A stretch of 64,000 bases of DNA from an uncultured Chloroflexia bacterium (GCA_963797855.1 CAWCQX010000005.1:4443-68442); one strand, 5' to 3'; counted from the first letter of the stretch, positions 51,323 through 62,453 are shown. Made by a program: numbers and translations. Notes: generated by a model from the letters alone, not told the origin.

Positions 51323-53180
51323 TTACTTCCTCCTCTGGCCGGCCAGGACGGCCGCCGGATTGATCGCCTGTTCGAGCTGCTCTCGTTCGAGATGCAGGAC
51401 CTGGAACTGTCGTTCGAGCTCGCTGATGTCTTCGTTGTCGTTGTCGTCGCGCCCACCAACGCTGATGAGCGCCTGGAGATCGGCAAGACGCTCCTGCACC
51501 CGCTCCTTGCGGAGCCGAAGGAGCACGACGCGCAATGCCTCGCGATCGGTCTCGAGGTCGGCGCGCACGCCGCGCGCTCGCGCCGATGCCAGCAGGTCGC
51601 GCGCCAGGGCCGCCGTGGCGGGATCCAGGGTCGCGACGAACGCCTCGAGGTCGAGCCGTCCCTCCGGCGCCGCCAGCGATGGCGCTCCATGCCGCCCACA
51701 GCGCCCGCGCCGACTCGTCGCGCAGCGGGAGCGTCTCGCCGGCCTGCTCCGCGGCGAGAACCGGGTCGACGAGCAGGAGCGTCAGCGCCTCGCGCTCGAG
51801 CGGGCTGAGCCGAGGGCCCTCGTCCTCTGCGATCGAGGCGGCCGAGACCGGCCGAATCGGCATCGGTCGAGGGCCCCGCGACAGCTCGTCGCGGAGGATC
51901 CGCTCGTCGATCCCGGCCAGCTGACGGGCGAGCACGCGGAACATACGAGTCGCGCTGCGACGCGGTCGGGAATGCGCCGGAGCAGGTCGAGCATGTGCTG
52001 CATGTAGGCTGCGACTGTCGACTGGTTCGCAGGTCCAGCGCGCTCGCGCGCGCGCTCGCATGAAGTACGGGATGCAGCTCCTCGGCGTCCGCCACCGCCG
52101 TCCGCCAGCCGTCCGGATCGGTTCGGATCAGCTCGTCGGGGTCCTTGCCGGCCGGGATGCGGATCACCCGCACCTTGCTGACGACCGGCCCGGAGCTCCT
52201 CGACAGGCCCCGCTGCGTCGCCGCCTCGCCCGCGAGGTCGACGTCATAGGCCAGGGCGACCGCATCGGCATAGCGGTTGGCGAGCTCGACCTGGCCGGCG
52301 GTCAGCGCCGTACCGAGGCTGGCGACCACGTTCTCGAAGCCGGCCTGGTGAGCGGCCATCACGTCGGTGTAGCCCTCGACGATGACGGCGAGCTTCTCCC
52401 GCCGGATCGCGCTCTTGGCGAGGTCGATCCCGTACAGCGTCCGGCTCTTGTCGAAGAGGGCGGTCGCCGGCGAGTTGAGGTATTTCGGTCCTTCCGCGTC
52501 GGGCATGATGCGGCCGCCGAGGCCGATCGCCCGCCCGCTCGCGTCGCGGATCGGGATGATGATCCGGCCACGGAACCGGTCGTAGACCCCGCCACGGGTC
52601 GACGGACTGGCGATGCCCGCATCGGTCAGCTCACCGTCGCTGAAGCCCTTGGCTCGCAGCCGGGTGCTCAGCGCCTCCCACGTGTTCGGCGCGTAGCCGA
52701 TGCCGAAGCGCTCCTGGGTCTCGCTGCTGAGGCCGCGCTCCTCGAGATAGGCGCGAGCCCGCTCCGCCTGGCTCGCCTGGAGCAGGACCTCGCGGTACCA
52801 CGCGATCGCCGCCTCGAGTGCCTCGCGGAGGCGTCGACGGCGACGGTCCTCCCCCGCCGTCCGCGCGCTGAGCTCGACGCCGGCCGCTCCGCCAGCCGGG
52901 ACAGTGCCTCGCGGAAGTCCAGCCCGTCGCGGCGCATGACGAACGTGAAGATGTCGCCGTGCTCTCCGCAGCCGAAGCAGTGCCACGTCTCGCGCTCGGG
53001 CGTGACGATGAAGGACGGCGTCTTCTCCGCGTGGAAGGGGCAGAGGCCCTTCTGGATCGTTCCCGCACGCTTGAGCGCGACCGTCTCGCCGACGACGTCG
53101 GCGACCGGGAGCTTCGCCTTGATCTCGGCGACGATGCCGGAGGAAGAGGTGATGGCGCCGCCCTCGCGCGCTCGGAGCAC
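51323..53180 (-). CDS. dnaG: DNA primase. At least five frame breaks at about 52885, 52073, 52050, 51953 and 51661.
   Basis: Zinc ribbon CPFHAEKTPSFIV...WHCFGCGEHGD. TOPRIM region AVIVEGYTDVMAAHQAG...AYDVDLAG...GKDPDE. The C-terminal helical domain is spread over three frames and ends at TAA 51323. The start is either GTG 53180 or TTG 53201. Confidence 0.88.
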
Positions 53181-53182
53181 GG

Positions 53183-53233
53183 TTGTCAAGTGCTTTGTCA
53201 AGGTACCAGGGCCTATTCTACCCGATTGTCAAG
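53183..53233. repeat. Three copies of the 8-mer TTGTCAAG in the dnaG / sigma-factor divergent region
   Basis: Copies lie at 53183-90, 53195-202 and 53226-33. On the minus strand the motif reads CTTGACAA. Confidence 0.6.
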
Positions 53234-53321
53234 TTTCTCGCCACTTTCGCGCGCGGGCTTCCCACCGATGCGCACGGTCAGTACACTGCCCAGCACCGCA
53301 CCGGACCGCACCACGAGAGCC

Positions 53322-53881
53322 ATGTCGGCCACGGACCTCGCCTCGCCACCCGACCGATCGCCCGGCTCGACCGCCGAGGTGATGCGGGCCGCCTTCCGCG
53401 AGCTGCACGGACGGCGCCTGCACGGGTTCGCGCTGCTGCTCACCCTCGGCGATCGCCCGAGCGCCGCGCGACTCGCCTCCGAGGCGCTGGCGGCCGGGGC
53501 CGATGCGCGTCGACGAGCTCCGCCATCCCGAGCGGGCCGCGGCATGGCTGCGCCACCGGGTGGTCGCGTCGGGCTCGAGTCGGTCGGGCCGAACGCGTCG
53601 ATGCGCGGGCGCTGCTCGACCTCGGCGTGGACGAGGCGCTGGTCGTCGCGTTCGGCTCACTCGGCCGGCTCGAGCGGGCCGCGCTCATCGCTTCCGCGGT
53701 CGAGCGCCTGGACCGGCGCGACGTCGCGTCGATCGTCGGGCGCGAGGGATCCTCCCTCGACCGCCTCCTGCGGCGCGCGCGGGAGCGGCTCATGCGGGCA
53801 TACGCGGACGCCGCGACGGAGCCGCCCGAGGGTCCGATCGCGTCCCACGTGCAGGCCCTCGCCCGGCGGGCGATGGGATGA
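53322..53881 (+). CDS. Divergent ECF-like sigma-70 family factor. Two frame breaks at about 53500 and 53575.
   Basis: Sigma-2-like segment FRELHGRRLHGFALLLTLGDRPSAARLASEAL...ELRHPERAAAWLRHRVV. Sigma-4-like segment LERAALIASAVERLDRRDVASIVGREGSSLDRLLRRARERL. Confidence 0.55.
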
Positions 53882-54653
53882 GCGACCTTCACGATGCGTT
53901 CGACGCCTGGCTGATCGCGCGGCGCGCGCGACGATCTGCCGCGCGCGGTGGCGCTCCACGCGTCCGCGTGTCCGGGATGCCTGCGCGCGGCCGGCGCCTT
54001 CGATGCCCTGGCGGCGATCGATCTCGGAGCGGCGGAGCTCCCGCCGCTGCGCGTCGCCGCGGCACCGGTTGGCCGGCGCCGTGGCCTCGTGCCCGCGACC
54101 GCAGCGGCAATCGCCGTCCTCCTGGTCATCGGCGCCGGAATCGTCGCCGGCGGAACGCTCCTGCGCCCGCCGGACGAGCCCGAGGTCGCGGCCGCGACGC
54201 CGACGCTCGGCGAGGGCGTGCTCGGTGGCCAGGGCGGTCCGCAGGCATCCGCAACCGAGAGCCCGACGCCCAGCGCCTCTCCGACCGCCACGCCGACCGG
54301 GTCCCCCGAGCCGTCGAGCGATCGAGGGCACCGTGGCGCCGAATCCGACGATGGGCGGCGGTCCGCCGCTGGCGACGCCGGCGCCCCCGACGATCACGCC
54401 GCGGCCGACCGCGGCGCCCAGCCCGAGACCCACGGCCGCCGCCACGGCGGCGCCGACGCCCATCCAGCCGACGCCGACGTCGGTGCACGCTCCGGTGCCG
54501 ACTCACGACGCCGACGCCGACGCCGTTACCCCGACGCCCGGCGTGCTCGGACGTCATCGACAACGAAGGCGACTCGCGCCGACGCGACGTTCCCCGACGA
54601 TCCCGGCTGCCTGTCAGCCGACGACGACGACGAGCCTCGGACCTGCCCGCTAG
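53878..54653 (+). CDS. Putative anti-sigma factor (zf-HC2-like, single TM, Pro/Thr-rich ectodomain). At least two frame breaks at about 53930 and 54318. The 3' end is uncertain.
   Basis: ATGA overlap with the sigma gene. Sequence runs MSDLHDAFDAWL..., then ALHASACPGCLRAAGAFDAL, the TM segment AAAIAVLLVIGAGIVAGG, and PT-rich repeats. Confidence 0.5.
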
Positions 54654-54661
54654 CCGGGACG

Positions 54662-57660
54662 CTACTTGTCCTTGCGTCTCCGTCGAGGAGATCGCCGCCT
54701 GGGCGGCCGCGAGCCTGGCGACCGGCACCCGGAAGGGCGAGCAGCTCACGTAGTCGAGTCCGACCTCGTGGCAGAAGGCGATCGAGGTCGGGTCGCCGCC
54801 GTGCTCTCCGCAGATGCCGATCTTCAGCTTCGGCTTCGTGGCTCTCCCCTTCTCGACGCCCATCCGCACGAGCTGGCCGATGCCGGCCGCGTCGAGCACC
54901 TGGAACGGATTCTCGGGGAGGATCTTCCGGTCCACGTACTGCATCAGGAACTTGCCCTCGGCATCGTCGCGCGAGTAGCCGAAGCCCATCTGGGTCAGGT
55001 CGTTCGTGCCGAAGCTGAAGAACTCGGCGTGCTCGGCGATCTCGTCCGCGGTGAGGGCGCCGCGCGGCACCTCGATCATCGTGCCGAACTTGTACGTCAC
55101 CTGCTGTCCCGAGGACTCGACGATGCGCGCGACCTCGGCCTCGAGGATCTCCCGCGTCTCGCGCAGCTCGTTCACGTGGCCGACGAGCGGGATCATGATC
55201 TCCGGCAGCGGCGTGCGTCCCTCGGCCGCGACCCGCGCGGCACCGGCAAGGATCGCCCGCGTCTGCATCTTCACGATGTCGGGCACCATCAGCCCGAGCC
55301 GCACGCCGCGCAGGCCGAGCATCGGGTTCTGCTCGACCATCGCCTCGACGGCGTGCAGCAGCTCCTCCTTCTCGGCCAGCTCGGCCTCGAGGCTGGACCG
55401 ATCCGGGCCCTCGCCATTGGTCGACGCGGAGGCCTTGCCCTCGCGGCGGATGAGCTTCATCGCCCGGGCCGCGTCCTTCTTGCCGAAGACCCGCGTCAGG
55501 CCCTTCTCGAGGGTCGGCGTCACGCGGTCGGCGACCGCATCGGTCACGCCACCTCCGGAGACCTCGAGGATCGTGCGCAGCCGCGTGACCTCGGCAATCA
55601 GCTCCTCGTGGCTCGGCAGGAACTCGTGCAGCGGCGGGTCGATGAGGCGGATGACGACCGGGAGGCCGTCCATCGCGCGGAAGAGGCCGGCGAAGTCATC
55701 GGTCTGGAGGCGCTCGAGCTCGCCCAGGGCGGCATCGAACGTCTCGATCGCCTCGCGATCCTCCGCCGAGCGCTCGTCATCGGGCCTCGCCTTCGCGGCC
55801 GTCGCCGCATGGGCATTGAGGATCATTCGCCGGACCGTCGGCAGGCGGTCCTCCTCGAAGAACATGTGCTCGGTCCGGCACAGGCCGATCCCCTGCGCGC
55901 CGAACGCTCGCGCGCGCTCCGCGTCGCGCGGGTAGTCGGCATTGGCCCAGACCTGGAGTCGACGGACCTCGTCGGCCCATCCGAGGAGGGTCGCAAGGTC
56001 GTGCTCGTCCTCGAAGCGCGCCTCGATCGTCGGGAGCTCGCCCTCGTAGATCTCGCCGGTCGTGCCATCGATGCTGATCAGGTCGCCCTCGGCGACGGTC
56101 CCCGTGGCGGTGCGCATCTGGCGCTTCGCGTAGTCGATCTTCAGGGTCTCGGCGCCGGCGACGCACGGGAGGCCCATCGACCGAGCGACCACGGCGGCGT
56201 GCGAGGTGGCCCCGCCACGAGCGGTCAGGACGCCCTTCGCGGCGAGCATGCCGTGCACGTCGTCCGGCGAGGTCTCGATGCGGACGAGGATGACGGGATC
56301 TCCGGCCTCCTTGGCCGCCACGGCCCGGTCCGGGTCGAAGATCGCCTTCCCGACCGCGGCGCCGGGGGACGCGTTCAGGCCCTTGCCGAGCAATCGGTCC
56401 GCCGACCTTGGCCTTCGCCGACTCGTCGAACCGTGGGAGCAGGAGCTGGACGATCTGCGCGGGGTCGACCCGCTGGATCGCCTCCTCCTTCGTGATGACG
56501 CCCTCGCTGACCATGTCGACCGCGATCTTCACCGCCGCCGGCGCCGTCCGCTTCCCGGAGCGCGTCTGCAGCATGTAGAGGGTGCCGCGCTCGATCGTGA
56601 ACTCGAGGTCCTGCATCTCGCGGTAGTGCCCCTCGAGGCGTTGGGCGATCTCCTCGAACTGCGCGTACACCGCCGGCAGCTCGTCGCGCATCTGGCTGAT
56701 CTTCGCGGGCGTGCGGACGCCGGCCACGACGTCCTCGCCCTGCGCGTTCGTCAGGTACTCGCCGAAGATCTCCCGCTCCCCGGTATTCGGGTCGCGCGTG
56801 AAGGCGACGCCGGTGCCCGAATCGTCGCCCATGTTGCCGAAGACCATCGTCACGACGTTCACCGCGGTGCCGAGATCGTGGGGGATCTTGTTGAACTCGC
56901 GGTAGTCGTGGGCGCGCTTGCCGAACCAGGAGTCGAACACCGCCCGCACGGCGAGCTCGAGCTGCCGATACGGATCGGTCGGGAACGGCTCCCCCGTCTT
57001 CTCTTCCACGATCTTCGTGAAGCGATCGCCGACCTGGCGCAGCTGGTCGGCGGTCAGGTCGGTGTCGAGCTTGGCCTTGGCCTTGTGCTTGGCCTCGTCG
57101 AAGGGCTCGTCGAAGTCCTCGGCCCTCAGGTCGAGCACGATCCGCCCGAACATCGCGACGAACCGGCGCCACGCGTCCCAGGCGAACCGCTCGTTGCCGG
57201 TCAGCGCGATGAGCCCCTGCACCGTCTCCGGGTTCAGCCCGAGGTTCAGGACGGTGTCCATCATCCCCGGCATGCTGAACGCCGCACCGGATCGAACCGA
57301 GACGAGCAGCGGGTTCTTCGCGTCGCCGAAGCCCTTGCCGGTCTGCTCCTCGAGCTGCTTCATGTGCGCGACGACGTCGTCCCACAGGCCCGGCGGGAGC
57401 TCCTTCCCGGCCGCGTAGTACGCGTTGCACGCCTCGGTCGTGATCGTGAAGCCCGGCGGCACCGGCAGGCCGGCGTTCGTCATCTCCGCCAGGCCGGCAC
57501 CCTTGCCGCCGAGCGTCGACCGCATCGAGGCGTTGCCCTCCGCGAACGTGTAGATCAGCTTGCCGTTCGTCGTCGGAGGGACCGCGCGGGCGGCGCGCTG
57601 TGCGCGGGTCGTGCGGGGCTTGCGGGCGGTCGTGGCGGGCTTGCGGGCGCTCGTGGCCAT
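54662..57660 (-). CDS. ppdK: Pyruvate, phosphate dikinase. One frame break at about 56395. The C-terminal few codons are uncertain.
   Basis: ORF 55777..57660 contains GGKGAGLAEMTNAGLPVPPGFTI. ORF 54126..56393 contains the catalytic His in GGATSHAAVVARSMG, plus GLCRTEHMF and ICGEHGGDP. Confidence 0.92.
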
Positions 57661-57718
57661 ACGGCGATTCGGCTCCTGTAGCAGGTCAGGCGTGGGGAAC
57701 CGACGATTGTACCGCGAC

Positions 57719-58678
57719 CTACAGCCATCCCCGCCAGCGGGCGACGAGCAGCGTGACGACCGCCGTCGCGATCATGAAACCGATGACGACCCAGAACAGC
57801 TCGGGTCTGCTCGAAGATCGCGCACCTGGAAGTTCATGCCCATGATCCCGGCCACGACCACCGCCGGCAGGAGGATGACCGAGGTCCACGTCAGGACACG
57901 CACGATGTCGTTCGTCCGCTGCGCCGTGCGGGTCATGTGGACGTCGAACGTGCCGATGAGCATCTCGCGACCGTTGGCGATCGCCGCGATGGCCCGTTCG
58001 AGGCGCTCCATGGCCTGAGAGAGCAGCAGGTTGTCGGCATCCTCGAGATGGGGCAGGAAGTCCGGTCGGGCGATCTCCGCGTAGACGTCGGTGTGGAGCG
58101 ATGCGATGCGCCGGGCGCGGGCGATCCGCTGCCGCATGGCGACCAGCCGTCCGAGCAGGTCGCGATCGGTGCCCAGCGCCTGCTCGTCGAGGCGCTCGAC
58201 CGCGCGCTCGAGGTGCTCGGCGACCTCGAAGAAGCCATCCAGGTGCCAGTCGAGAATGGCTGCAACGAACTCGACCGGCCGCAGCGACCCGATCTCGCGC
58301 TGGTCGGTGATCTTCTCCCGCTGCCGATCGAGCCGGTCGAGCGAACTCCCGTGGCGGGTGATGACCCAACCGTCGCCGGCCACGACCTGGATCGGGACGG
58401 GCTCGTCGATTCCCTCGTCGTCCAGCCAGAGGAGGGTCAGCTGGTGGGCGCCGTCCAGGACCGATGCGTCCGGCAGCCGCAGATCGGCCGCGAGCGCTTC
58501 GATCACCGTCTCGTCGAGGCCCAGCGCATCGCGCAGGATCCCCAGGTCGTCGCTCGTCATCGCCGCTGACGTCGATCCAGAGCAGCTCGTCGTCAGGGAT
58601 GCGATCGACCGGCTTCTCGCGAAGGTCCACCTCGCGATCGGACCCGTCCGCGGCCGAGAGGAGGGCACGGATGCTCAT
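57719..58678 (-). CDS. corA: CorA-family Mg2+/Co2+ transporter. Frame breaks at about 58565 and 57800-57830.
   Basis: GMN motif in AGIMGMNF. The last TM segment PELFWVVIGFMIATAVVTLLVARWRGWL lies in another frame. The N-terminus is MSIRALLSAADG... Confidence 0.85.
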   Translation of the reverse strand: MSIRALLSAADGSDREVDLREKPVDRIPDDELLWIDVSGDDERRPGDPARCAGPRRDGDRSARGRSAAAGRIGPGRRPPADPPLAGRRGNRRARPDPGRGRRRLGHHPPREFARPARSAAGEDHRPARDRVAAAGRVRCSHSRLAPGWLLRGRRAPRARGRAPRRAGAGHRSRPARTAGRHAAADRPRPAHRIAPHRRLRGDRPTGLPAPSRGCRQPAALSGHGAPRTGHRGDRQRSRDAHRHVRRPHDPHGAADERHRACPDVDLGHPPAGGGRGRDHGHELPGARSSSRPELFWVVIGFMIATAVVTLLVARWRGWL

Positions 58679-58737
58679 CGGCGCCGCCGAATGCAGCCGG
58701 CGTGCCCGGGCCTGGGTCATGGGGATTCGACGAACCG

Positions 58738-59091
58738 TCACCGCGGGGGCTGCGGTCGCCGCCGGCCGGGCTGCCCATGGCGCGCGTCGATGAGCGGCCA
58801 CAGGTCGTCGACGCGCACGCGGTAGTCTCCGCCGACCCGGCGAGCGTGGAGCCGCCCGCTGCGGATCAGGCGCCGGACATGCTCCGGGTGGTAGCCGAGC
58901 ACCGAGGCGACGGCGCGCGTCGGCATGTCGAGGGCGGCGAGGTCGATCTCGGCGTCGTCGGCGACTCCCGCCAGCGCGACGGCGGTGGCCTTCGTCCGAT
59001 CGGCGACCAGCGCGATCGCATCGGCCTCGCGGTTGCGCATCGCCGCTCCGAGCGCGGCCGCGAGGCGGCGCCGGAGCAGGCCGGCCTTCAT
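58738..59091 (-). CDS. Excisionase-family helix-turn-helix DNA-binding protein
   Basis: ORF 58738..59229 trimmed to ATG 59091, which gives an ATGA overlap with the upstream TPR gene. HTH segment: RAVASVLGYHPEHVRRLIRSGRLHARRVGGDYRV. Confidence 0.62.
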   Translation of the reverse strand: MKAGLLRRRLAAALGAAMRNREADAIALVADRTKATAVALAGVADDAEIDLAALDMPTRAVASVLGYHPEHVRRLIRSGRLHARRVGGDYRVRVDDLWPLIDARHGQPGRRRPQPPR

Positions 59092-59837
59092 CGGCCGAGC
59101 CCGAGCCAGCCGTTGCCGAACGCGAGCTCGAAGAGCGGACCGATCCCGGCGACGAGCCGGCCCAGGAAACCGGCCCGACGCCGGTAGAGCGTGCGCGCCT
59201 TCGTAACCACGCGGTCGCGGTCGCGCCATGGAGCTCGTTCGCCAGCGCGCGGAACTCCTCGAAGGCTGCCGCCTCCTGCCCGGCGAGCCACTGGGCGTCC
59301 GCGAGCGCCTCGCGCGCCTCCGGATCGCCGGGCAGCAGCTCGGCCGCCAGCGATGCGGCCTGGAAGGCGCCGCGGGCGTCGCCGGTTCGCGTCAGCGCCT
59401 GCGCCAGGGCCAGCTGGGCCCGGCCGTTGCGCGGGTCGAGCTGCACCGCCCGACGGGCGGCCTCGACGCCCATCGCGGGCTGCGCGGCGCCGAGGCGCTC
59501 GCGGGCCTCCGCCAGGGTCCAGGTCGCCTCGCGCGGATCGTTGTGCGCGAGGCGCCCGAACTCGGCCGCCGCGTCGCGGTGGGCGCCCTCGCGTGAGAGG
59601 ACCTCGGCAAGGAGCTCGCGATAGCGGATCTCCTCCGGATCGAGCCGGACCGCGTCCTGGGCGTGGCGCTCGGCCTCGTCGAGGCGGCCGAGGGCCAGCA
59701 GGGCGCGGGCGCGGTACTCGTGGGCCGCATCGTTGCCCGGCGTCTCGGCGAGGATCGCATCGGTCAGGCGCAGCACCTCGTCGTAGCGCTCGCCCTCGAG
59801 CGGCGTCGGCGAGCTCCGCCGCGCCGGTGCGGGTCAC
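59088..59837 (-). CDS. TPR-repeat protein (about 250 aa). Frame breaks at about 59800 and 59228.
   Basis: GTG 59837 follows GGAGGACCTGCC. TPR-like units are present (...ALLALGRLDEAERHAQDAVRLDPEE...). The hydrophobic C-terminus lies in the frame of ORF 59088..59837. Confidence 0.62.
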   Translation of the reverse strand: MTRTGAAELADAARGRALRRGAAPDRCDPRRDAGQRCGPRVPRPRPAGPRPPRRGRAPRPGRGPARSGGDPLSRAPCRGPLTRGRPPRRGGRVRAPRAQRSARGDLDPGGGPRAPRRRAARDGRRGRPSGGAARPAQRPGPAGPGAGADANRRRPRRLPGRIAGGRAAARRSGGARGARGRPVARRAGGGSLRGVPRAGERAPWRDRDRVVTKARTLYRRRAGFLGRLVAGIGPLFELAFGNGWLGLGR

Positions 59838-60253
59838 GGCAGGTCCTCCATCGGCCTCGTGTGGGAGTTCATCAGCATCGCAATCCGCCAGGCTCCGTCC
59901 GACTCGCGCCGGAGGAACGCGACGAGGCGGCCGTCCACGGCGACGCGCGGGCCATCACCGCGCGGGACGAGCGTCTCGGTGTACGTGCTGAGGATATAGG
60001 CGCGATCGTCGTGGACCTCGACCAGCTCCGGCGATGGTCGCCCAGGCGGAGGTGTCGAAGCGAGCGAAGAAGCCAGCCCAGCGCTCCTCGACGGCCTCCC
60101 GACCCGACGATCGCCTCGTTGTGCAGGAGCAGGAGTCGCGCGTCGCCGCAGAAGAGGGCTGCGTACGCGCGGGCGTCACCGTGCGCGAAGGCGGCGTCGT
60201 GCGCGCGCAGGAGCGCAATGACGCCGTCGCTGCGGATCGGTCGCCGTCGTCAT
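59834..60253 (-). CDS. SnoaL-like / DUF4440 (NTF2-fold) protein. Three frame breaks at about 60228, 60100 and 60034.
   Basis: Sequence runs MTTATDPQ | DGVIALLRAHDAAFAHGDARAYAALFCGDARLLLLHNEAIVG | REAVEERWAGFFARFD | ELVEVHDDRAYILSTYTETLV...DGAWRIAMLMNSH. ATGA and GTGA overlaps are present at the two ends. Confidence 0.58.
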
Positions 60254-61619
60254 TCGGTGACGCGGCTCGCGGGGCACGCCCTCCCAGGTCGCGCGCCCGG
60301 CCACCAGATCGGCGACCCGCTGCGGGATGCGGTCGAGCGCAACGCGCTCCTGGGTCATCGAGTCGCGCTCGCGGATCGTCGCGGCGCCATCGTCGAGCGA
60401 CTCGGGGTCGACGCGTGACGCAGAACGGAGTGCCGATCTCGTCCTGGCGGCGGTAGAGCTTGCCGATCGACGCCGTGTCGTCGTACATCGCCGCGACGAG
60501 GGGCTTCAGGTCGGCCGTGAGCCTGCGCGCGCGCTCGACGAGCTCGGGTCGGTTGCGCAGGAGCGGCAGCACCGCGGCCTTGACCGGCGCCAGCTCGGGA
60601 CGGATGCGGAGCACGACGCGCGTCTCCTTCGCCAGCTGCTCCTCGGCGTAGCCGTCGACGAGGACGGTCAGCACCGCCCGCTCGACTCCCATCGCCGGCT
60701 CGATCACGTACGGCACGAGGTGCTCGCCGGCCGCCTCGTCGAAGACCTCGAGCTTTCTCCCGCTCGCGGCGGCATGCGCCTTCAGGTCGTAGTCGGTCCG
60801 ATCGGCGACGCCCTCGAGCTCCGACCAGCCGATCGGGAACTCGTACTCGATGTCGGTGGTCTGCTTCGAGTAGTGGCTCAGCTCATCGGCATCGTGCGGG
60901 CGAAGTCGCAGGCGTTCGGGCGAGATGCCCATGACATCGGTCCACCAGCGGTGGCGGGCGTCGACCCAGTACGTGAACCAGGTGTCCTCGTCGCGCGGAT
61001 GGACGAAGAACTCCATCTCCATCTGCTCGAACTCGCGCAGTCGAAAGATGAAGTTGCCGGGCGTGATCTCGTTGCGGAAGGATCGGCCCTGCTGGGCGAT
61101 CCCGAACGGCAGCTTGCGCCGCATGCTGGTGGCGACGTTGTCGAACTGGACGAACATCGCCTGCGCCGTCTCCGGGCGCAGGTACGCGACCGATGCCGAG
61201 TCCTCGACCGGCCCGACGTGGGTCGCGAACATCAGGTTGAACTGTCGCGGCTCGGTCAGCGTGCCCCGCATCCCGCAGTTCGGGCAGGCAATCTCCGACG
61301 GCGCGCCCTTCAGGTCGTCGGCGCGGAAGCGGAACTTGCAGTTGCGACAGTCGACCATCGGGTCGCTGAAGCCGGCGACGTGCCCGGAAGCCTCCCAGAC
61401 CTTCGGGTTCATGACGATCGCCGCATCGATGCCGACCACGTCGTCGCGGAGCGTGACCATGTGTCGCCACCACGCCGCCTTGACGTTGTTCTTCAGCTCG
61501 ACGCCGAGCGGGCCCCAGTCCCAGAACCCGGCCATGCCGCCGTAGATCTCGCTGGACTGGAAGACGAACCCGCGCCGCTTGGCGAGGCTGGCGATGACGT
61601 CGATGTTCGGCGCGGGCAC
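60250..61619 (-). CDS. glyQS: Glycine--tRNA ligase (homodimeric class II GlyQS type). Frame breaks at about 60414 and 60255-60300.
   Basis: ORF 59955..61619 contains RGFVFQSSEIYGG, RPETAQAMF, SFRNEITPGNFIFRLREFEQMEMEFF and VIEPAMGVERA. The anticodon-binding domain tail lies in ORF 60176..60358. Confidence 0.9.
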
Positions 61620-61697
61620 GGTCGGTCGGCGACTCCGGAGTGCGACGGATGTTGATGGCTGGGTGGTCGAGTCTAGCCGAGCAGGCTCAGCACGTCG

Positions 61698-62453
61698 TCA
61701 GACGACGAGTGACGAGAAGGCGTTGGCGACCAACGCCATCGCGACCGTCCCGGCGGCGACGAGCGCGATGACCGGCAGGAACCACCGCACCAGGACCAGT
61801 CCGGTGGCACCGTCCACCCGGTCGCGGAGCGCGAGGATCGCGCCGCGCCAGTCCCCTCCGTCCGCCGCCGCGACGAGGGCTTCGAGCAGGCCGATGTCGA
61901 TCTCCGCGCCCGTTCGCTCCGCCTCGTCGAGCTCGGCTGCCGCGCCGCGCAGGTCGCCAAGCCCCGGCTCGCCGCCCTCGACGAGCCGGACCATCGCCGT
62001 GGCCGTCGCCCGATGGAACCGGTCGGCGGCCGAGCTGTCGGGCATCCGGCCGGCCAGGTCGCGCGCCGCCTCGAGGTCGCCGACGACGAGCGTCGCCCAC
62101 ACCCGCGCGCCGCGCGTCGCGTCCGTGTCCTCGGCATGCCGCGCGAGCCACGCCTTGGCCTGACGCGGCGTCGCCGGCACGCTTCCGTCGCCGAACGCCT
62201 CGCGTCGAATGCGGGAGGAGCGTCGCGAGACGGCGAAGACGGTCTCCAGCACCCGCCACTCGCGTGGGACGAGGTACGGCGCGACGAAGGCGGCGCTGGT
62301 CACGAGGCCGAAGGCGAGCGCGCCCGCCGCCGCAGTGCCGAGCGAGTCGGCGCCGTCGAAGCGGAGGAAGCCATTGAGGAGCCACGTCGCGAGCGCCGCG
62401 CCGAGGCCGACGACGGAGGCAACGCGGAAGTGGAACTGGAGGTCGCGGTTCAT
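61698..62453 (-). CDS. Hypothetical integral membrane protein
   Basis: ORF 61698..62561 trimmed to ATG 62453 so that it does not overlap recO. It has TM segments at both ends and a helical soluble middle. Confidence 0.5.
   Translation of the reverse strand: MNRDLQFHFRVASVVGLGAALATWLLNGFLRFDGADSLGTAAAGALAFGLVTSAAFVAPYLVPREWRVLETVFAVSRRSSRIRREAFGDGSVPATPRQAKAWLARHAEDTDATRGARVWATLVVGDLEAARDLAGRMPDSSAADRFHRATATAMVRLVEGGEPGLGDLRGAAAELDEAERTGAEIDIGLLEALVAAADGGDWRGAILALRDRVDGATGLVLVRWFLPVIALVAAGTVAMALVANAFSSLVV

Noticed and set aside
61620-61697. A T-box leader upstream of glyQS
   Set aside because: Only 78 nt separate glyQS from the upstream gene, which is too short for a T-box (~200 nt). No T-box sequence (AGAGA...GGUGGNACCGCG) is visible.
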